Shown here piece by piece: positions 1 to 13,092 of a stretch of 64,000 bases of DNA; positions within the stretch are counted from its first letter, which is position 1; the number at the start of each line of letters is the position of its first letter. Source of the stretch: Octopus sinensis (Eukaryota); NCBI RefSeq assembly GCF_006345805.1, contig NC_043009.1:51584001-51648000 (forward strand). Direction: 5' to 3'. Position numbers and translations under genes: made by a program. Under the pieces are notes generated by a model that was given only the letters and a program-made list of their open reading frames with translations, searched no databases and had not been told where the DNA came from.

Positions 1-1716
1 AGTCCCATCGCGTATCCACGAAGAAGCTGCATAACCGATTTCTGAATACTCTCACTGAAAGCTAACCGGCATTCCTACAATGTCTCAATAAGACTCAATG
101 ATGTAAAAATTCCTCCACCTCTTCTTCTCCCGCTCTTATTTCTTTCACAACCAAACTACCAATACTAAAACCTCTGCCGTCTTTTCATAGGCTCTCAGAC
201 ATACGCTCTTGTGTAGTTTTCCTTATTTACGTTAAGTTTATTGTATTCTGTACAGCTTGAAGCGAATTTGAAAACCGTATAGAAAACAACGAAAGTAAAT
301 AGTTTCATACACCCTGTCGAATGTTTACAGTTGAAAGCAGCAAACGCCGGTTTTCTTTAGTATTATATTAATTGAGCAAAAACACCAGCAAATATCATAC
401 ATTGTTCGTTGAAAGCTGTAGATGTCACATGAGCGAAATTTTAAATTCACCGTCTCGTTTAGCGCTGTGTTCGCCTGTCAAAATTTTTGTTGAAGAACAG
501 CAGAACGGAAATTATGTTACAATCATGCAACTAGCAGAGTTCTTCCTAAGTATCTCTGCCAAAAGGCTAAAAGCAACGACAAATTGGTGGCTTGGATACC
601 AAATGTTGCTGTTTTGTTTTTCTTTAGCGAGTTCTTCATAAAAATTTCTATAAGTTGATAAATGGAATAGAAACAAGAATTTGTATGTGTGTACTTGCAC
701 AAGCTTACATATGCAAGATATGCATATACAACCACACTCACACACAGAAACACACTTATATACTTATACCTGTTTGTATTTGCACATACACAATACACAC
801 AGAGGTCTAAATCTGTTTATATATGTATGTATATATATCGTTTATCTTCGTCTTTCGTTTTTCTTTAGATTTCAACTATATATATAAATATATAATACAA
901 ATATATATATATGTAGTCACACACATACACATACATGTTTAGTGTATGTTTGTTTTATGTTCGTGTGGACTTTCGCGTGTTGTACCGAAATAGTTGTGAG
1001 GGTGCGGTGTACTCTATGTCCATTACGTTTCATTGTGAAATATTTAAATACTACCTTTCTAATGGAACAACCGCCATTCATGTGTAGAAGAATATAAGTG
1101 AATATATATGTATGTAAGTGTAAATTACTCTGCATCGTATACATACATGTATAAAGACTATACACAGATGTATACATTCAATACACACACACACGTGTCT
1201 TGTCTGTGTGTGTTTTAATTTAAAATGGATCGCAGTTACAATTTCTGAAGAAGAGTGCTGAGTAGTTCAAGCAACTATAATGTCAGGTTCGTTGTATTGG
1301 CATAGACGTGGCTGAGTAATCTACTGACGTTTTTAATTCTTAGGCGGAATCGGCACGGCACAACGTAGTAATTTAACAGACTTACATACAATTTGCATTT
1401 ACCCAAGTTCCACCCACGAGGTCTCGAGGTTAACAAAGTGTTACTTTCCCAAGACGACTGGCAGCGGATTCGAAACACGGAAAACACGCTTGCAAAAGGA
1501 ACATGTCATTTCAGAGAGATTTGCGTGTCATTTCTAGACTAGTGAACGTCCATACAGAAGCTCTTTGGTGGAGCTGCTTGTGGTGGTTCCTATCTGATAT
1601 CCAATGTTGTTGAATCCACCTCAATGTCATTTGAACCATTCAGTATTCAAAACCTGTTATATTGATTAATACCTCTGATTACATGAGATATGGAATTAAT
1701 AAGAAAATATTATTTT

Positions 1717-1898
1717 AAAGCAATTGCAGCGGGGAAAGTGTTTATAAGCCATTTAAGAAACACACAAAAACCGTTAGATTCACTTCAACATTTAAAATTA
1801 ATTTGTCAAAATATTTTCGTCGCTTTGAGACCGCAACCTGTTCGCTGACAAAATTCTGTGCTGCATCTCATAAACACCTTCCTCGCTGCAATTGTTTT
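1717..1898. mobile_element. MITE-like element with ~25-bp inverted repeats
   Basis: CAATTGCAGCGGGGAAAGTGTTTAT (1721-1745) is the reverse complement, at 23/25, of ATAAACACCTTCCTCGCTGCAATTG (1870-1894); no coding content. Confidence 0.5.
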
Positions 1899-2431
1899 CG
1901 TTCCAGAACACGATCTCAGATCAGGTTACTTGCTATGCAAGTATATCTCCGTAATTATTTTAAAGATTGGTTTTTAATAAACTATCATAACAAAACAATT
2001 TTGAAGAAGAACAAGAAGTGCGTGATCATAATGGTGTGCAAGCAAAAATAACGTAACAATAAAAAATTTATAAACAAAATGTATTGAAAATTTGCATATT
2101 TCCCTGCTGCGCCAGTTCCATGTAAATAATTCGCTCACAAACCTATATACTATATTATATCAATTAAATATTAATAAAAACGAATTATATTTAATATAAT
2201 AGTTTTGATTGGGCTGGGAGAAAAATCAGAAAGAAAGCCGAAAGACCTCAACTACTATTTTTTATTAAAATTTTTCTTTTGTCTGTGAATGTCTGTTAGC
2301 AAGACTATGGGAAAGTCGTAGGAGTAGATTCTTCAGCTGGGCTTTGGAATTTAGCTGACTTTAATATGGAACTGACGAGCTGCTTGTACTATTTCTGATG
2401 TCAACGCAGCTTTTGTTGTTCTTGTGATTTA

Positions 2432-2610
2432 GTTAGATAGATAGATAGATTAGATAGATAGGTGGACAGAGAGGCGGACAAATAAATAGATAACTAGTTA
2501 GCTAGATAGATAGATAAATAGATGGCCTGACAGACAGCTAGACAGACAGGAAGATAGATAGAGGAATAGATAGCTAGATAGATAGAGAGCGAGAGAGAGA
2601 CAGAGAGGGT
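2432..2610. repeat. (GATA)n/(GACA)n/(GA)n compound microsatellite
   Basis: Direct inspection. Confidence 0.9.
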
Positions 2611-2696
2611 GGAGATAGCATTGGTATGAAATTCAATAGCGAGACACAAACTCAGAGTTTCACTTTCAATATATAAACCACACCCAAGACTGCGAT

Positions 2697-3073
2697 CTGG
2701 CAGAAACGTTAGCACGCCGGGCGAAATCTTAGAAGGATTACGTTCTGAGTTCAGATTCAGCCGAGATCAACTTTGCCTTCCATAGTTTCGAGGTCGATTA
2801 ATTAAGTACCAGTTACGCACTGGGGTCGATGTAATCGACGTAATCCGTTTGTCTGTCCTTTTTTGTCCCCTCTGTGTTTAGCCCATTGTGGGTAGTAAAG
2901 AAATAGTTATTTCGTCTGCCGTTACGTTCTGAGTTCAAATTCCGTCGAGACCAACTTTGTCTTTCATCGTTTCGGGGTCGATAAATTAAAGTACCAGTTT
3001 CGTCCTGGAGTCGATCTAATCGACAGCCCCGCTCCCCAAATGTTTCGGCCTTGTGTCTAGAGTAGAAAAAGAT
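2697..3073 (+). mobile_element. tRNA-headed SINE family B, dimeric form (two bodies joined by a linker)
   Basis: Body motif GTTCTGAGTTCA...GTCGAT...AAGTACCAGTT occurs twice; same sequence family at 6818, 18250, 37321, 47551, 48236, 61071. Confidence 0.75.
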
Positions 3074-3689
3074 ATAAAACCACATCCGCTACAACAAGCA
3101 TTCCAAACTCCTCTCTTATTCGTTGGCCATAAAGCAACGTACGCTCATACACACACTTACTCGCAAACATCTACGGAATAATTTTAAGTAATCTCTAAAA
3201 TACGTTAATGTCTCATTTCCTTATAAATATTTCGTTAATCGTTTATTTTATTTCGAGATTATTTGACATTTCAATTTATTTCCATTCTGTATTTACCGTT
3301 ACTTAATCACCATTGTTGTTAGAGCCGTTGCTGCTTCCTTTTCTTGAGTTTTATTTTCGTAAAAGTACAACGTAGGTTGAAGAATTTTTCCTGGTATTAG
3401 TTTTAACCATTTACCTTTTAAGCGTAACTGTGCGTAAGTTGTATGAAAGCAGTCAGCATCAGTAACACACAGTAACGATCCGAGATAACGCTATCCTAAT
3501 TCGGTTCGGCCAATGTGATTGATACGAACCTCAGTAAATCATAGAATTTGCAAATAGTCTGTTATCTTTATAGGGAAAAAAAAATCATGTAGACTGAGAT
3601 ACTATGAAATTAAGGCCTGTGTTCCGGAAAAAAAAAGGTTCTACAGTCACACAGAGCAGTAGTTTGATTACATTACATACCAACATTTG

Positions 3690-3863
3690 CCTACTACTAT
3701 TTTGTCTCTACTGCCACTGCTACTGCTGGTACTGCTGTTGCTGCTCCTCTTCATCCTCCTCCTCCTCCTCCCAACCTCTTCCGCCTACTCCTACTCATCT
3801 TCATCCTATAACCACTACTACTGCTGCTGTTGCTGTTGCTGCTGCTACTACTACTACTACTAC
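3690..3863. repeat. (CTA)/(CTG)/(CCT) compound microsatellite
   Basis: Direct inspection. Confidence 0.85.
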
Positions 3864-5092
3864 AACGATTCCGTGCCGGTAGAGTTTGTCTCAAACCGGC
3901 ATTGTATCCCCCGGAGCATTGCCAAGCGGGGGATTTCTGGAAGTTATCCATTGTCGTTGGACACGAAATTCCTCCGGAACAGACTAGTTAGTTCGACTTC
4001 TGGTGATGGTGTTAACGGGGAGATATTTGCATGGGTGGTGTCTGTATCTGTGTTTATGTTTTTACTCATGTGTGATTTTTTTCGGCAATGGGGGAGGAAA
4101 GTGGGAGAGTTTTCTTCGTTTCGCCCTTGGGGGGTGAATGTCTTTGGTGGTGTTTCCTTTGGTTCCGTTGCCGGTGGATTTGCCGGTGCTGGTGTTGGTT
4201 GTGGTCATCGCCCCTCCTAAACAGCAACGGAAACCTTCGATCCTTTTCCCCCTTTATCTGTCGAGGACAGAAGGCAAATGGGTTGTTCCTCCAAAAACGA
4301 AACAAAGTGGCCTCTTTTCCTTAGTCATTATATGTATCAGGAGATTGATGTATTCTGGAATTCATTTTACGTTTTCTGGCCTGATCTGGAGAAGTATCTC
4401 CAGGTCAACCACAGACCAATCCTCCTTGGCAGTTATTGTCACCTCTGTCAGGACGGTATCCGTCCCTTTTACAATGAAGCATCCCAGCAACCACCACGTA
4501 TCAAGTCTTGGCGGATTCCCGAAAATGTAGACATGTGCTGTTCGTTTTCCCTTGTCGGATGTGTACATTATCACCTTGCTTGTTTGCAAGGGGTCATTTA
4601 ATGTTTTATAGCGAGGTCTTCTGACTTAAACAGCACAGAAATGGTGCCGTATTGTCTACCCCTCGCTATGTACCTAATATCATCTTTGATACACCTCAGC
4701 ATGGGTTCAATATCTGCTTGGGCAATTAAAGCCGCTTTCTCTGTGTCTGCTGAGATGCATTTGAAATGCACCGTTCTTCGCTCGACTGCTTCGATGGCCT
4801 TCGCCGGAGCAGTTAAGGCCTAGATTTGCTCCTGCCCGAGCCAAATTTTCATCTTTATTTGTGAGGTCTATGGTAAAGCGTGGCCTCCTTTTGGCTGCTG
4901 CGGCAGCGAAGGTGTTCTTGGTTCTTGTAATGTTGGTAATGTTCTCGTTGCTGTTGTTGTTGTTGCTGTTGCTACTATTGTTATTGTTGTCGTTTCTCTT
5001 GTTGGTGTTGGTTTTGTTGTTGTTGATACCTGTGCTATTGCTGTTGTCATCGCTGCTGCTGCTGCTGTTGCTGTTGCTGTCTCTCGTTTTTT
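3864..5092 (-). mobile_element. Decayed Tx1/L1-like LINE derivative: ORF1 remnant joined directly to an ORF2 C-terminal (zf-RVT-region) fragment
   Basis: Minus-strand translation gives TFAAAAAKRRPRF..., AIEAVERRTVHFKC...RGRQYGTISVLFKSEDLA, a decayed zinc-knuckle-like KRPLCFVFGGTTHL, then MDNFQKSPAWQC and (frameshift) MPV*DKLYRHG, which matches the ORF at 23838. Confidence 0.6.
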
Positions 5093-5108
5093 GTTGCTGC
5101 TGCTGCTG

Positions 5109-5143
<35 letters not shown>

Positions 5144-5215
5144 ACTACTACTACTACTACTACTACTACTATTTTTTGCTGCTGCACCTGCTGTCACTAC
5201 TACCACTGCTCTTGC
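5093..5215. repeat. (GCT)n(ACT)n compound microsatellite
   Basis: Direct inspection. Confidence 0.9.
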
Positions 5216-5645
5216 CGATGCATCCACAGCTGTTACAACGAGGTGGACTTTGCACTCTTTCCACCCTCGCTTCTCTCATCTCCATCTCCCATATTATTGC
5301 CAGTAAGGGTTGGAGAAGGGTAGGGAAATCGGCAGCAGTCACCTGATCTGCGTATGTGTGTGTGTGTTGGGGGGGAGTTTATTTTCAACTCTTTCAAGAC
5401 GCGCTCCGCCATCTTGTTGAGTTGTATCTGATTACATTGATTAAACACCGACCGAATTTATTTGGTGGGCCGACTATAGCCTCTCGAGGGGCCAAACACA
5501 CACACAAAAAAAGAACAGTGACAGGTTCCTGGTGTTTCTATTTATAAAATGAATAATGAAAACAAGGCACTAAACTGGTGTAAATAACTGTTTTAAACTG
5601 AACCCACCTGAAGCGCTCAAAGACACATGCGATGTACTCTGCTGC

Positions 5646-5646
5646 A

Positions 5647-5696
<50 letters not shown>

Positions 5697-5744
5697 TAAT
5701 AATAAATATAATAATAAATATTATAATAATAATGATAATAATAA

Positions 5745-5775
<31 letters not shown>

Positions 5776-5818
5776 AATAAATATAATAATAATAATGATA
5801 ATAATAAATATAATAATG

Positions 5819-5873
<55 letters not shown>

Positions 5874-5950
5874 AGAAGAAGAAGAAGAATATTAACAACA
5901 ACAATTATAATAATATTGCAGTTATACTATTAACAATAACAATAATAATA
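5646..5950. repeat. (AAT)n array with periodic AAATAT and GAT interruptions
   Basis: Direct inspection; source of the poly-I and poly-N ORFs. Confidence 0.95.
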
Positions 5951-6214
5951 GTTATACTTGTTTCTATAGTTTTTACTGCCGTTATTAACGTTACAAAGTT
6001 TTAATTATATTTTCAATGGGATTCGCAACAAAAATAAGAAAAGAGTTGCATAAAGCCAGTAATTTCATCTTGCAGGAGAGAAGTTGATTACGTCGACTCA
6101 AATGTTTAACCGGTACTATTTTTATCAAAGCAAACAGATTTTAAAGGAAAGTCGACCAAAATCATCATCATCATCATCATCACTATTATTATTATTATTA
6201 TTATTACTATTATT

Positions 6215-6771
6215 GAGTGAGAGAGCAGTTCATGCCATCAAAGTGACACTGGGGTAAAATATACGAAGCCCAATATACCCATCATGACTGATAAAGGTAC
6301 ACTAGGCACATGCATCACAACCATATGTGCGCGACATGGTGATCTCATATCAAGATAAACAGCACATGACCTTGCAGGTGGGGCCCAGTTAGAATTTTCT
6401 TCAGGTTGAGTAGCCCATCCCGCTCAAACGGTCCCTAAATAAGGGTTGTTTAAGGATGTTGAAAGAACCACCCATGTTTCCAGAGGTGAACTATTCAAAC
6501 CCCAAAGAATCCCTCTCAACACATGGCTATGATGCTCCCCCACTACTTCTACTCGTGATCATAGATGCACACATCGTCAGCCACTAAGGGACATGCTCAA
6601 CTGGTTAAGGTCAAACAACTGACAAGCAAATCTGTGGTATTGAGCAGAATATTTACTGTAGCCCATCTTTTATACCAAGACAAAACAATGTACATGATAA
6701 CACTTCCAATCAGTTAAGATCAGAAGCCATGAGAGCCACTGCCTGGTACTGCATCAGGGCACTTATTATTG
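6215..6771. repeat. ~556-bp non-coding interspersed-repeat-like block embedded in (TTA)n
   Basis: Complex, higher-GC sequence sharply bounded by (TTA)n on both sides; no ORF; resembles an abundant octopus repeat from memory, not verified. Confidence 0.5.
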
Positions 6772-6772
6772 C

Positions 6773-6817
<45 letters not shown>

Positions 6818-7030
6818 GGCGGCGAGCTGGCAGAATCGTTTCAGCCGGTTGAAATGCTTAGCGGCATTTAATTCGTTTTCACCATTTGAGTTGAAGTTGC
6901 CCCATGGTCGACTGTGCCATTCATCCTTTCGGTGTCGATAAAATAAGTACCAGTTCTGTACTGGAGTCCAAGTAATCGACTTACCCACTCAACCTCAGTT
7001 ACTGGACTTGTGCCAAAATTCGAAATCACT
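6818..7030 (+). mobile_element. tRNA-headed SINE family B, monomer, flanked by (TTA)n
   Basis: Starts GGCGGCGAGCTGGCAGAATCG (A-box-like) with the family body and tail. Confidence 0.8.
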
Positions 7031-7043
7031 ACTATTGTTGCTG

Positions 7044-7084
<41 letters not shown>

Positions 7085-7312
7085 GTTATTAATATGAATT
7101 CGCTCAGATTCGATTCCTGGTAGGATTTGTAGGGGTAGCGAATTACTACCTCTAATCCTAGGTATACAAAATTTTTCAGCTGTCTTTCTAGTGTGCTCAG
7201 AACTCTTCTTCTTCTTCTTCTTCTTCTTCTTCTTCTCCTTCTTCTTCTTCTTCCCCTCCTCCTCCTCCTCCTCCTTCGTCTTCTTCTTCTTCTCCCCCCT
7301 CCTCCTCATTAT

Positions 7313-7841
7313 TGTCTTTGCACAACTTCTATCGCTAGAGATGTACTACGGTGTAAGCTGTTCACTACCGGTGAGCTAAGGTAGTAAACATTATTTTTCG
7401 TGCACCATCCGGCGTATTCGAGTGGTTCTAAGCAGTGCTGTTTTCTGCAAGTGCTCCACCCTTATTGCAGCCCCTATTTGTTCCATGTACTTCTAAAGAT
7501 CTTTTACTCACTGTTCCCAAGGCTCCGACAATTATTGGTACCACTACCACCTTTTTCATCGACCGCAACTGCTTAACTTCCCAAGCTAACCTGTCATATC
7601 AGTCGACTTTTCTATCTTCCTTATCGCATACCTTGTTGTTAGCTGGACATGCTATATCTATGATGCAGCACAGTTTGCTTTCTTTCTCAATTAAGACTAT
7701 GTCTGGCTTCCTATTCTCTCTCTTTCATGATCACATTGAATTATAAAATCCCATAGGATATTTGCATTATCATTTTCGATGATGCCTTTATATTTATGTT
7801 CGTACAACTTATTTGTTTTCTCAAGTCCATACTTGTTGCAA
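7313..7841 (-). mobile_element. 5'-truncated R4/Dong-like non-LTR retrotransposon (restriction-like endonuclease domain)
   Basis: Minus strand: NANILWDFIIQCDH..(fs)RKPDIVLIEKESKLCCIIDIACPANNKVCDKEDRKVD...VVPIIVGALGTVS (PD..D..K RLE motif); abuts (TAA)n on its sense strand. Confidence 0.8.
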
Positions 7842-7891
<50 letters not shown>

Positions 7892-7940
7892 CATTATTAT
7901 TATTATTATCATTCTTCTTCTTCTCTTCTTCTTCTTATTA

Positions 7941-7988
<48 letters not shown>

Positions 7989-8021
7989 CATTATATTATT
8001 ATTATTATTATTATCATCATC

Positions 8022-8086
<65 letters not shown>

Positions 8087-8128
8087 CATCATTATCATTA
8101 TTATTATTATTATTATAATTATTATTAC

Positions 8129-8173
<45 letters not shown>

Positions 8174-8185
8174 CATCATCATCAT
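7842..8185. repeat. (TTA)n array
   Basis: Direct inspection. Confidence 0.95.
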
Positions 8186-8511
8186 TCATTATTATGCCAT
8201 ATTCTTATTAATTTTGTTATTGTATCCTAGGAGCTGAATATAATCATAAGTATGTTTGCACAAAACAATCCCAGTATCATAATGTCATACTAAAACTGCT
8301 ACAGCCTATTAATTAACTATGAATAGAGCAATGCCAAAGCGACCGTAAGTTCATGATGAAACGAGATGACAAGCTAAGTTATTAATTACGCCGGCCTAGT
8401 TATATATATATATACATTTATGACAGTGAATGATGCGTCTGTCATCCTATTTGCAAATGAACCCAAGACGTTCCTCTCCAAAGTCATTGATAGATTATCT
8501 TAACAGATAAA

Positions 8512-8887
8512 TATATATATATATATAAACGGCAGTTTGTCTGTGTGCGTTTCTGTGTGTCTGTCAGGTTGTACCCTCACCCTGACCACGGCTTTCAACC
8601 GATTCTGATGAAACTTCACACACACATAGCCCAATGTCATAATTCAAAACTAACGCTGAGAAAATTTTGAAAAGTTCCCCCAGTTCTGAAAAAAATCGAT
8701 AAATTCGACATGGGGTCGAGAATCAGAAACACAAACCACAGACTGTCTAGGGGACGCAACTCGACCGTTTTAACTCTCAAAAAAAAATTTACCATAATTT
8801 TTTTTCCATTTTTTTGGCTATAACTCTCTAAAAATGCTTTATAGTTATTTCCCTTACAAACCCGAGCAACGCCGGGCGATACTGCTA

Positions 8888-8889
<2 letters not shown>
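8512..8889 (+). mobile_element. Non-autonomous Helitron-type element
   Basis: Starts (TA)nAAACGGCAGTTTGTCTGTG; 3' GC hairpin CCCGAGCAACGCCGGG (8861-8876) followed by terminal CTAG (8885-8888); sits in (TA)n. Confidence 0.7.
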
Positions 8890-8921
<32 letters not shown>

Positions 8922-9311
8922 AATTCGAGAAACAGAGAAAACATTAGGTTAATAATACATTTCCAAGGGTTTATAAGCCAATATTTGTAAACGTTAGATA
9001 TATTTATCCGTATGCATATTCAAGTGTGTTATAGAAGTTGCTCATCATCAGCCTTATGATTTTAGAGTCAGTCATATTTCATGACTTTGTGCGTGTTCGA
9101 GTGTCAGAGTGTGTGTCTGTGGTGTGTGTTTTGGTGAGTATGAGTGGTGTGTGTTGTGTACATGTCTGTATGCGTGCACGTTCCTGAGCATTTTTACTTG
9201 TGGCTGTGGCTGTGTATGTGTGTGAGCCCGTGGGCGTGAGTGTGCCTTTCTTGTGTTTTACTAGATTAACGTATTTGCTTTCCAGATAAATTTGTTTTCC
9301 AAACCTTAGAT

Positions 9312-9725
9312 TAATGATGATGACGGTGGTGATGATGGAGATGATGATGATGATGATGATAATGATGATGGTGATGGTGATGATGATGATGATGATGATG
9401 ATGATGGTGATGGTGATGATGATGGTGATGATGATGATGATGATGATGATGATATGATGGTGATGATGTTGACGATGATGACGGTGACGATGATGATGAT
9501 GATTATGATGATGATGATGATGATGACGATGATGATGATGATGAAGATGATGATGATGATGATGGTGATGACGACGACCAAAGACGAAGACGACGATGAC
9601 GACGATAATGATAATGATGATGACTTGTGGAATGATGCTTATGCTGATAAACATTATAATGACGATGATATTGGTGAAGGTGGAGGGGGGGATGGTGGCG
9701 GCTGCAGTGATGTTGATGATTATGT
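9312..9725. repeat. (GAT)/(GGT)/(GAC) compound microsatellite
   Basis: Direct inspection; source of poly-M/D/H ORFs. Confidence 0.9.
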
Positions 9726-9907
9726 GACGCATTGAACATACGCAAAAACCACCTGACTGAGATATTCAAATATATCCGATATATATCATTATGTGTAGGA
9801 AGAAATAAGGATGGAGAAAATTCGACAAGGAAAAATAATGGAGGGATTAAATGAAAATAGAAATGCAGAGATAGAAGCCAATAATGAAATTAAATATCTA
9901 GTTTGTT

Positions 9908-9958
<51 letters not shown>

Positions 9959-10313
9959 ATATAATATATATATATATATTATATATATATATATAATATA
10001 TATATATATATATGTGTGTGTGTGTATGTATTTTTATCTGCATAGATATGCATATATACATATACATATATATATATATATACATATATACAAATATTTA
10101 TATAAATAAATATATATATCTCATATATATGTATCTCATATATTTGTATATATTAAAAACCATTTAGGTTGATATATACACATACATAATTATATATATG
10201 CATATATGTATATACGTATAAATATATACACACATACACATAGACACAAACATATATAGATACAAATACAAATACACGTATATGTGTATATGTGCATACA
10301 GTTATATATAATA

Positions 10314-10378
<65 letters not shown>

Positions 10379-10517
10379 TATATATGCATGTGTGTTTCGG
10401 TATCTGTATGTTCATATATGTATTATGTGCATGTGTATATTTTTATATGTATATGTATGTATGTGTGTGTGTTTTGCTATGTATTGAAGAAGAGACGCAC
10501 AGAGAGATAAGGGATGT

Positions 10518-10548
<31 letters not shown>

Positions 10549-11369
10549 TGAGATAAAAGTAAGGGTACATATGTAGACAATGTAAATGGAAAATGTTTAT
10601 AAAGACGAAAGAAAGGAGAAATAATTATATTTTACAAAAATATACATTTTATTAATATCATTGGTTAAAATTCTATAAATAGACATTGAATTTAAAATAA
10701 TTCATTTGGAATCTCGCTCCTTATGTTATCCTTATAATTGTTCAGATTATTTTCCAACACTGAATATATTTCTTTTTAGATTATTATAGATTAGTTCCAT
10801 TTAATGATGGGATGCTTTTGTTTGCATGTCTTTTTATCGTTTAGGTGTTGGGACTTAAAATCTATATTTCTTCTTCTTAGGACGGTTTTGCTATAATTAT
10901 GTTTGATCTGGTCCTGATTTGCGCTCCATAAGGGACGTGCTGTTTTTATTTATTTCCGTATTGTTGTTCAGTAAAGTGATGTTTGCTATTTCGTTTATGG
11001 TGTTTTCTACTATTTATGATTAATCTTATTATTTTTATTTTTATTTTTATTTTACTGTGGCTGATGTAAATGATGCTTTTGTTTACTTAAACCACGCTTC
11101 TCCTGCTTTTGCCTCAACCACGATCTATTTATAGCTGTTAATCTATTATAGATTATTGATAATCTCAGTAAATACATAACATTCACCGTGGTGTAAGCGT
11201 ACCACCACATTTACATACATATATATCTGTGTCTAAGTAGATGCGTATATATGTATGTATGCATGTGCTTATATATATATATATATATGCATATATACAT
11301 GCGTATATATATATATGCACATATATGCGTATATATATGTGTATATATATATATATGCATATATATGCG

Positions 11370-11458
<89 letters not shown>

Positions 11459-11763
11459 GCATATGTATGCGTATATAAAAGATTCATTGTGTGCCATTTT
11501 CGAACCTGTGTATCAATATGATGTCTGATAGTGTATATGTACAAAATCATGAAGGAAAACATGGGAGTTCACCATGAGTGTAGAACGGAAAAAAATATTT
11601 GTATATGATAAGTTAAAACAAGCATATACATACACAAGCAACATTTGCAAAAACATTCAGGTACAAGCAGGCACAAGTAGAGAAACACACACACACACAC
11701 TCATGTTGCAAAGCATATACACACACATACCCACAACCAAATTATCGAATATTTAGAGTCTAC

Positions 11764-11800
<37 letters not shown>

Positions 11801-11865
11801 TAATGATAATAATATTAACAAGTGTAATAATAATAACAACAACAATAATAATAACAACAACAAGA

Positions 11866-11899
<34 letters not shown>

Positions 11900-11990
11900 G
11901 AGTAGTAATAATAATAATAACAATAATAATAATAATAACAAGCACAACAAGAGTAATAATAATAATAATAAAAATAATAAAAATAATAAA

Positions 11991-12037
<47 letters not shown>

Positions 12038-12050
12038 TAATAATAATAAT
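11764..12050. repeat. (AAT)/(AAC) array with a recurring ACAAGAGT interruption
   Basis: Direct inspection. Confidence 0.9.
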
Positions 12051-13092
12051 CCCCCCCAAAAGATATACAAATCAAGTATACTGTAACCATAATCACATTG
12101 AAATATTCCCGAATGCACAATCACGCACTTGAATGTTATGATGAAAAAACACTCGTACTTTTGCATGTGTGTATGCTTAGGGATCATACTCATACAGAAA
12201 TACACATAGATGCATACATGTATGCGTCAGCTTGTGTATATGTGCGTGATTGTGTGTATGTCAGTGCGCACGCGCGTGCGCGAGTGGACGCTTTGTAATT
12301 CCCTTACGTGGTTCTCAATTTGGAATCATATATCTGTCTTATCTGCCATATATATTTATAAACAAACAGTGTTTCTATTTAAGAGGAACGCTATTGCAAA
12401 TGTCTTAAACAAACCGTGTCCGATTTACATGTAATGTTCCACACGTTGAGAATATTTTTCTTCTCTCTATTTCCCCTCCAATGTTATTTTCATAACAACC
12501 TATATGGAGTTTTCTAATACACTTGTTAGTATGTAGGTACGTGTGTTTGGTGAACAGCAGATAATAGTATTAAAGAGACCCTCGTGTGAGGAAGCTGGCA
12601 AAAATATCTTCGATTCATACTCCTCTCATATTTTTATTTCATTTTTCTTTTTTGGGGAAACTCAGTTCCATTCTTTTACATTATTATGAAATGTTTGCAC
12701 GTTTGCGGCATTATATTTGGCAGCGTTCTGTTTTACTTCGAGAAATCCTCCTTGAAAAAAAAAGCTACGTTATCCATAGGATGCAGGCACTGAAGTGGTC
12801 GAGTATATCTATCTGTCTATCTGCCTGCCTGCCTGTCTGTCTGTCTGTCTGTCTATCTGTCTATCTATTTATTTATCTATCTATCCATCCATCTATCTAT
12901 CTATCTTTCTACTTATCTACCTATCTGACTGTCTGCCTGTCTGCCTCCCTGCCTCTGTTTCTGTCCGTCTGCCTGTCACTCACTCACTCTCTCTGCATCT
13001 ATCTATGTATTCACCTATCTATATTTGTCTATATGTGTAGTTAATACACCAAACGTTATTCACGTGTGCAGCTGGAAACATATCCAGTAAAA

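Noticed and set aside
2300-2398. QDYGKVVGVDSSAGLWNLA after an AG, resembling a SAM-methyltransferase motif
   Set aside because: Only 32 codons, in-frame stop, no credible donor and no partner exons.
9905-10010. Recurring TT and AA phase shifts inside (TA)n arrays at many loci
   Set aside because: Best explained by single-base slippage or consensus errors in long dinucleotide runs; cannot be judged without raw reads.
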